This document shows, piece by piece, positions 58,337 through 64,000 of a stretch of 64,000 nt of DNA (the stretch's first letter is position 1; every line of letters starts with the position of its first letter). The position numbers and the translations under genes were made by a program. This DNA comes from Eledone cirrhosa. Its lineage: Eukaryota. The notes under the pieces were generated by a model. It did no database searches, was not told the DNA's origin, and saw only the letters and a list, made by a program, of their open reading frames with translations. Location: NCBI GenBank assembly GCA_964016885.1, contig OZ024742.1, forward strand, positions 246,574,001 to 246,638,000, written 5' to 3'.

Positions 58337-58409
58337 GGACACGTAAAATAGGGTGAAGCGAGCGAGACATGTAAACAAACATAGATGGTAAATATATATA
58401 TATATATAT

Positions 58410-59022
58410 TATGGCTGCCCCCTCGTTATCGAGTATGGCCATTACACGATATACCATTATTAATTAATTCTATCGTGCAATGCCTGTGCGTGAAAATATT
58501 TTTTAAAGTGAAGAAAGACTGTGCACTGCGCCAATCCCACTCTCTGAGCGACAGTAGCTATAACCCGAAAAGAAGATAAGATCAACATCATCGGTAACTA
58601 CTGAGCCGCAGGTTTTATATCGGAGTTATCCCAGTTTCCTGAGTTGCCTTCTCCTAGAAGAATGCCCTGACAAAGGTTAGGGGTCCTTCACTCCCAGTGG
58701 TTTAACCCTGCGATCGGGTGTCCAGCCCGACTATTTCTATGTCCCTGCGCATATACATACACATGCACCCATGTATATACACACATACATACATATGTAC
58801 ATGTGCATATACATATTTACACACTTTTGGATGGCCGTTGACTCTTATGAGTTCTTCCACCCTGTGTCAAGTGAAGTATTGTTTTTTGTCCTGCAGGATG
58901 TCAAAAATCACCCTCCTCACCAAGTAAACTTGGTGGGGTTGCCGGTTTAGTAGCCGACGACCTGACCATGCGACAGGTTATACTGGGTTACTTGTTACCA
59001 GTAGCACTCAAGAGTGACTCGA
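58410..59022 (-). mobile_element. Family E2
   Basis: Homologous to 24895-25540. Confidence 0.78.
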
Positions 59023-59042
59023 CATATATATATATATATATA

Positions 59043-59556
59043 TAAAATATTAAAAAAATAATGAATAAAACAATGAAACAGTTCCTTATATTAAACAAAA
59101 AAAGTTCATTATTTAACGATCGTTTCTAGGATATATATGTGTTAGAATTGGCATGCATATTCAACAGATCTATGTACAAAATTATACAAAATTATACAAA
59201 CTATCAAGATTAAATATACATACCAAACACACATATATGCCGTCTTCAGATATTTAATCTTGATAGTTTGTATAATTTTGTATAATTTTGTACATAGATC
59301 TGTTGAATATGCATGCCAATTCTAACACATATATATCCTAGAAACGATCGTTAAATAATGAACTTTTTTTGTTTAATATAAGGAACTGTTTCATTGTTTT
59401 ATTCATTATTTTTTTAATATTTTATCTTGACTCTGTATTCCGTTTATCTTTCACCGAAAGTGATTTTTCATTGCATCTCTTCTTTCCATGATATCCGGAC
59501 TACATTGAGTTCTTCATACGGATTGGACACTACCGTAAACTCTTGGTAGATTTATC

Positions 59557-59560
<4 letters not shown>
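59043..59560. mobile_element. Fold-back of the family N pLTR end
   Basis: Short minus arm 59043-59250; long plus arm 59251-59560 with tail. Confidence 0.88.
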
Positions 59561-59624
<64 letters not shown>

Positions 59625-59627
<3 letters not shown>

Positions 59628-60183
59628 TGGCTGCCAACTCGTTTTCGAGTATGGCCACTACTTTATATCCATGTAGGAGAAGTGTGACTTTTAGGTCCAG
59701 CCAGCGACTTGAAAACTCTGGTACAAACACTACACTTGTGACAATTATTGACACAAAGTGCTGGGCCCATAGTACCATGTGACGACAAGTGCAGAGAGAT
59801 CTCCAGATATAAAGCAATGCCGGTGCCGTGAAGCTTTTATAGTGAGAAAAGGCACTGCACAAAGCCAGTCCCACTCTCTTAACCAAGATGATATTTACCA
59901 AAAAGAAGAACAAGTCAACATCATTGGATACCATCAGGGTTGCAGGTGTTATATCAGAGTTTTCCTTCTAGAATTCTGCCTTGACAAAGGCTAAGGTGTC
60001 ATCTCTCCCGGTGATTTTGGATGGCCATTGACTCTTAAGAGCTCCTTTGCCCTTTGACAGGTTTTGTTTTTAGTCCTGCAGGATGTCCAAAGTCACCCTC
60101 CTCACCAAGAAACCTTGGTGGGGTTGCCAGTTTAGTCGCCAACGACCCGACCGTGAGACAGGTTGTACTGGGATACATGTTAC
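59625..60183 (-). mobile_element. Family E1
   Basis: Collinear with 5257-5830 apart from a ~24-bp deletion near 59680. Confidence 0.8.
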
Positions 60184-60337
60184 AATATATATATATACAT
60201 ACATATATACATATACATACATATATATATATATACATACATATATACATATACATACATATATACATACATATATATATATACATACATACACATATAT
60301 ATACATACATATATATATACATATATATATATATATA

Positions 60338-60915
60338 TTCTGCCGGACCGGCAACCGCTCTTTCAAACCAGTTCCTGTACACAGCTAAGTATTCTATAAG
60401 TCTCTAGCTGTGTCATTCTCGATAAAAGCACTGGATATGTAGTCCTGAAGATTTTTAACAAGAATGAAACGCGTAGATTACTTCCCTTGCTTTTATCGAG
60501 AATCTAATTGTAATACGTGACGTATTTTATTCTATAGCGATTAGGTCTTCAAAATGTTTATTATAAACATACAGAATATTTTCGAATATTCTATGTCTAT
60601 ATTCACATATATATCGCTATTTCAGAGCATTTATTCCAATTTCTAATTTCTGCCGGACCGGCAACCGCTCTTTCAAACCAGTTCCTGTACACAGCTAAGT
60701 ATTCTATAAGTCTCTAGCTGTGTCATTCTCGATAAAAGCACTGGATATGTAGTCCTGAAGATTTTTAACAAGAATGAAACGCGTAGATTACTTCCCTTGC
60801 TTTTATCGAGAATCTAATTGTAATACGTGACGTATTTTATTCTATAGCGATTAGGTCTTCAAAATGTTTATTATAAACATACAGAATATTTTCGAATATT
60901 CTATGTCTATATTCA
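60338..60915 (+). mobile_element. Tandem retrozyme-like element, 310-bp monomer x1.86, two intact HHRs
   Basis: GTAGTC-CTGAAGA-ttttt-aac-aagaat-GAAA-CGCG-TA-GATTAC at 60439-60481 and 60749-60791, enclosed by TTCTCGATAAAAGCA/TGCTTTTATCGAGAA. Confidence 0.9.
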
Positions 60916-61031
60916 TATATACATATATATGTATACATATATATGTATGTATATACATACATATATATATATGTATGTATATATGTATGTATATATATAT
61001 ACATACACATATACATACATGTATACATACA

Positions 61032-61075
<44 letters not shown>

Positions 61076-61180
61076 TGGGTATCACATAGGGATATTTGGA
61101 AGTGTTTACAATTCACAATTCAGTTTTTCACAAATAAGGCTCCTAATTTGAAAATGGTAGTTATTTCTCCCTTCATCTTC

Positions 61181-61247
<67 letters not shown>

Positions 61248-61259
61248 TGTGTGTTTGTG

Positions 61260-61290
<31 letters not shown>

Positions 61291-61402
61291 TTGTGTGTGT
61301 ATCTGTGTGTGCGTGTCAGGTTCACACCGGGGTAACCACAGTAAGTTAGGTACTGAATACATAGTAGAGTACATAATGTTTAACATAGAAATGTCTTCTA
61401 CA

Positions 61403-61473
<71 letters not shown>

Positions 61474-61969
61474 TATATTTATATATATGCATAATGTAGT
61501 CACACACGCACACACTTTGTGAATATGTCTCAGGTATCTCAGTAACTGTTGAGAATACCAGACAGCTGTTTCAAGATTCATTAATTTCTCATTAGTGATA
61601 TTTACTCAAATGGTATCTAGATGAAAATAGCCTAGTGTCTATGTATGTTTTGTGCATTTAACATATGCTGAAGAGGCTCTTTGGCATGTATTTATTTCGT
61701 AGAAACACATAGTACACGCTTTCATATACACACCTATTATGCACTACACTATCTTCGAGCTACTGTCACATCTGTTATAACCAGCTATGAGCGCACGATA
61801 TGCAAATGAACATATATATAATACAATGACGATTTGTTAAGCCAACATTTCGTTTATTGATTGGTGACGCGCGTTTCGCTATTGATCAGCTCAAAGTTCG
61901 ATCTGTATTGGTCTGGCCCAACTCTGGAATCTAAAGCTCGACGGAACTCTGCTGTTGTAATATATATGG

Positions 61970-62034
<65 letters not shown>

Positions 62035-62502
62035 ACATTTATAAATGTGAAGACAAAATAAACAAAATATAACTAATTTTTTCTTCGAAGTCCCGACTAT
62101 ACAGTTTATATATATATCCTTCAGTGAATGCGACGTGAAGGTTTTACATTATTAATTTCGATTTATTGTATTACATAACATCCATTAAGTACATTTTGAA
62201 GCCATTAGGCATAGACTACGTATTGCTACGTGAATATATTGGTGTAAATATATGTCAACAATGTCTGTGATATGCCAGCTATCTAGCATTGGTATTGACT
62301 GTCCGAGTTTCAACTACCTTACATGATGGTTAGAAATCGGATACCATACGTATAATACGAATTACTACTCTTCTAGATACACAAAGCATGAAGCGCGTAA
62401 GCCTTATTACACCATAGTTCTTTGACCGAGTGGATCAACAAACACTGCTATTTAAAGACACAGACACAAACACACACACACACGCACACACACACACACA
62501 CA

Positions 62503-62549
<47 letters not shown>

Positions 62550-62583
62550 ACACACACACACACACATATATATATATAAACAA

Positions 62584-62645
<62 letters not shown>

Positions 62646-63321
62646 ACATATGTGTGTGTGTGTGTACATAGATATATGTGTTTGTGTGTGAGTGTATGCG
62701 TTGGTTGACAAAGCTCGCCGAACAGAATCCGTGTAGCTTCGCCCGTTCGCCACTCACTCAATTATATTACAAAATGTGTGCGTAAGAAATTGCACTACAA
62801 GTTATTATTACGTACGGACACGGCAACGCTTGGTAATTATAGTTGTATAATATAAACTCTTACTATCGATAGTTTCCGTACTACAATCTGATTATAACAG
62901 TTACAACTGCAACTGTTATTCACAGTAGTTATGTAATATCTGCTGACATTCCAATATGGACCCTGCAGTATGTCCTCAGCAGGATGATCGTCCCCCTCAA
63001 ACGGAAAACGACACATCCAAGTCAAGTCTCTGCCATCACTAAATATAGTAGATGTAGGCTTGTAGTGACCATCCACTGAAGAGATAAGTCAAACTGACCA
63101 TTGTGAGGAAACGCTGTGGCTGGAAATTGAAAATATATAAATTGTTTTCATTCACTTGATTGTGGCCAGACTGGGGCACCACCACAATAGTATTGCTCGA
63201 TCGTATGAAGCCACAAAGAATTGTACTTTTTTATCAATTTATTTTTCTCGAATGCTTAATGACACCAAGGTATCCAACTCAACTAACTATTTCCCATCGG
63301 TATACACAAACTGACCTACAT

Positions 63322-63382
<61 letters not shown>

Positions 63383-63384
<2 letters not shown>

Positions 63385-63625
63385 CGAGGGTCGGCTGAAA
63401 AGTTCATGGGCTGACCAAGATACTTACATGAGGTTTATTATTCAATCTATTACCTCGTGCGGTCAACACGATGTTGCTGTGCTTGTATCCCATTTTTTCC
63501 CAAGTTATCAACAATAGATGACATCATCACCGCGATGCTGGTTCCCAATCTAGTGCTTTTCATGTTGGGGAACAGCTGATAGTCAGATGGGGCCAAATTA
63601 GGAGAATAGGATGGGTGATCAATCA
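63383..63625 (-). mobile_element. Mariner transposon 3' end (TIR plus transposase C-terminus)
   Basis: TA-CGAGGGTCGGCTGAAAAGTT TIR-like end; minus strand DHPSYSPNLAPSDY, the mariner YSPDLAP motif. Confidence 0.8.
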
Positions 63626-64000
63626 CTCTGACTGCGGCCGAGACACCACCCGTTGATTAATTTATCATTTACGCGGTCATGCAAATGCATGACGCTGGCC
63701 TCAGGGGTGGAGGATGGATTGGGGGTACTCGAGGGTGGGGTGTGTGGCGTCCCTAGGCATGCTTGGAATGAGCGCTTGCCCGAGGACGAAACATTGGCCT
63801 TGACGAAGGCTGCTGTCGACCGGCCGCCCTGGTCAGCACCAAAGCTGGGGAGGCCGAGGGCGAGTGGGGCGAAATAAAAGAGTCGCTCCCAGTCGATAGC
63901 TCGATTGGAGTCCAGGGCACTCTCAATCGAGGAGGCGAGGGCATCGGCTACCGGCACCCGGGCGCTCTCGGGGTCCTGAGCCGGAGCCGCCTGAGCCGAG
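63626..64000 (-). mobile_element. GC-rich fragment, probably the pre-RT region of a CRE-like non-LTR element; continues beyond the window
   Basis: Abrupt GC shift; ARVPVADALASSIESAL...WERLFYFAPLAL...VNDKL resembles the CRE-clade N-terminal region (recognised from memory). Confidence 0.5.

Noticed and set aside
62940-63110. Degenerate Tc1 transposase (QQDD..P, WP) or exon on minus
   Set aside because: Motifs too eroded, and the frames after the candidate acceptor are closed.

Overview
Eukaryotic, very AT-rich, microsatellite-saturated DNA. The tRNA/Nin-domain SINEs and (TA)n/(CA)n density suggest a cephalopod, probably Octopus; this is inference only. No host gene is supported, and nearly all ORF-track entries are translations of simple repeats. 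The window is a nest of retroelements. It holds three families of GIY-YIG Penelope-like elements (PLEs), decayed R4/Dong, RTE, CRE-like and mariner fragments, SINEs, and many short non-coding elements inserted in (TA)n. Four main signals were read from the sequence. (1) Minimal type-I hammerhead ribozymes (HHRs) occur in all three PLE pseudo-LTRs and in several unrelated non-coding mini-elements, including tandem 310-bp and ~593-bp monomers and a compensatory U3:A8 core. (2) Many insertions are head-to-head fold-backs with one short and one long family-specific 3' end, at scales from ~100 bp to 8.4 kb. (3) The PLE start codon lies in the 3' pLTR. (4) A 71-nt motif occurs three times (3319+, 24076-, 58314-) with identical spacing and four covarying helices. 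It carries hammerhead core nucleotides in a non-cyclic, pseudoknotted order plus a kink-turn-like loop, and is a candidate undescribed ribozyme topology. All structures were paired by eye and none is experimentally tested.
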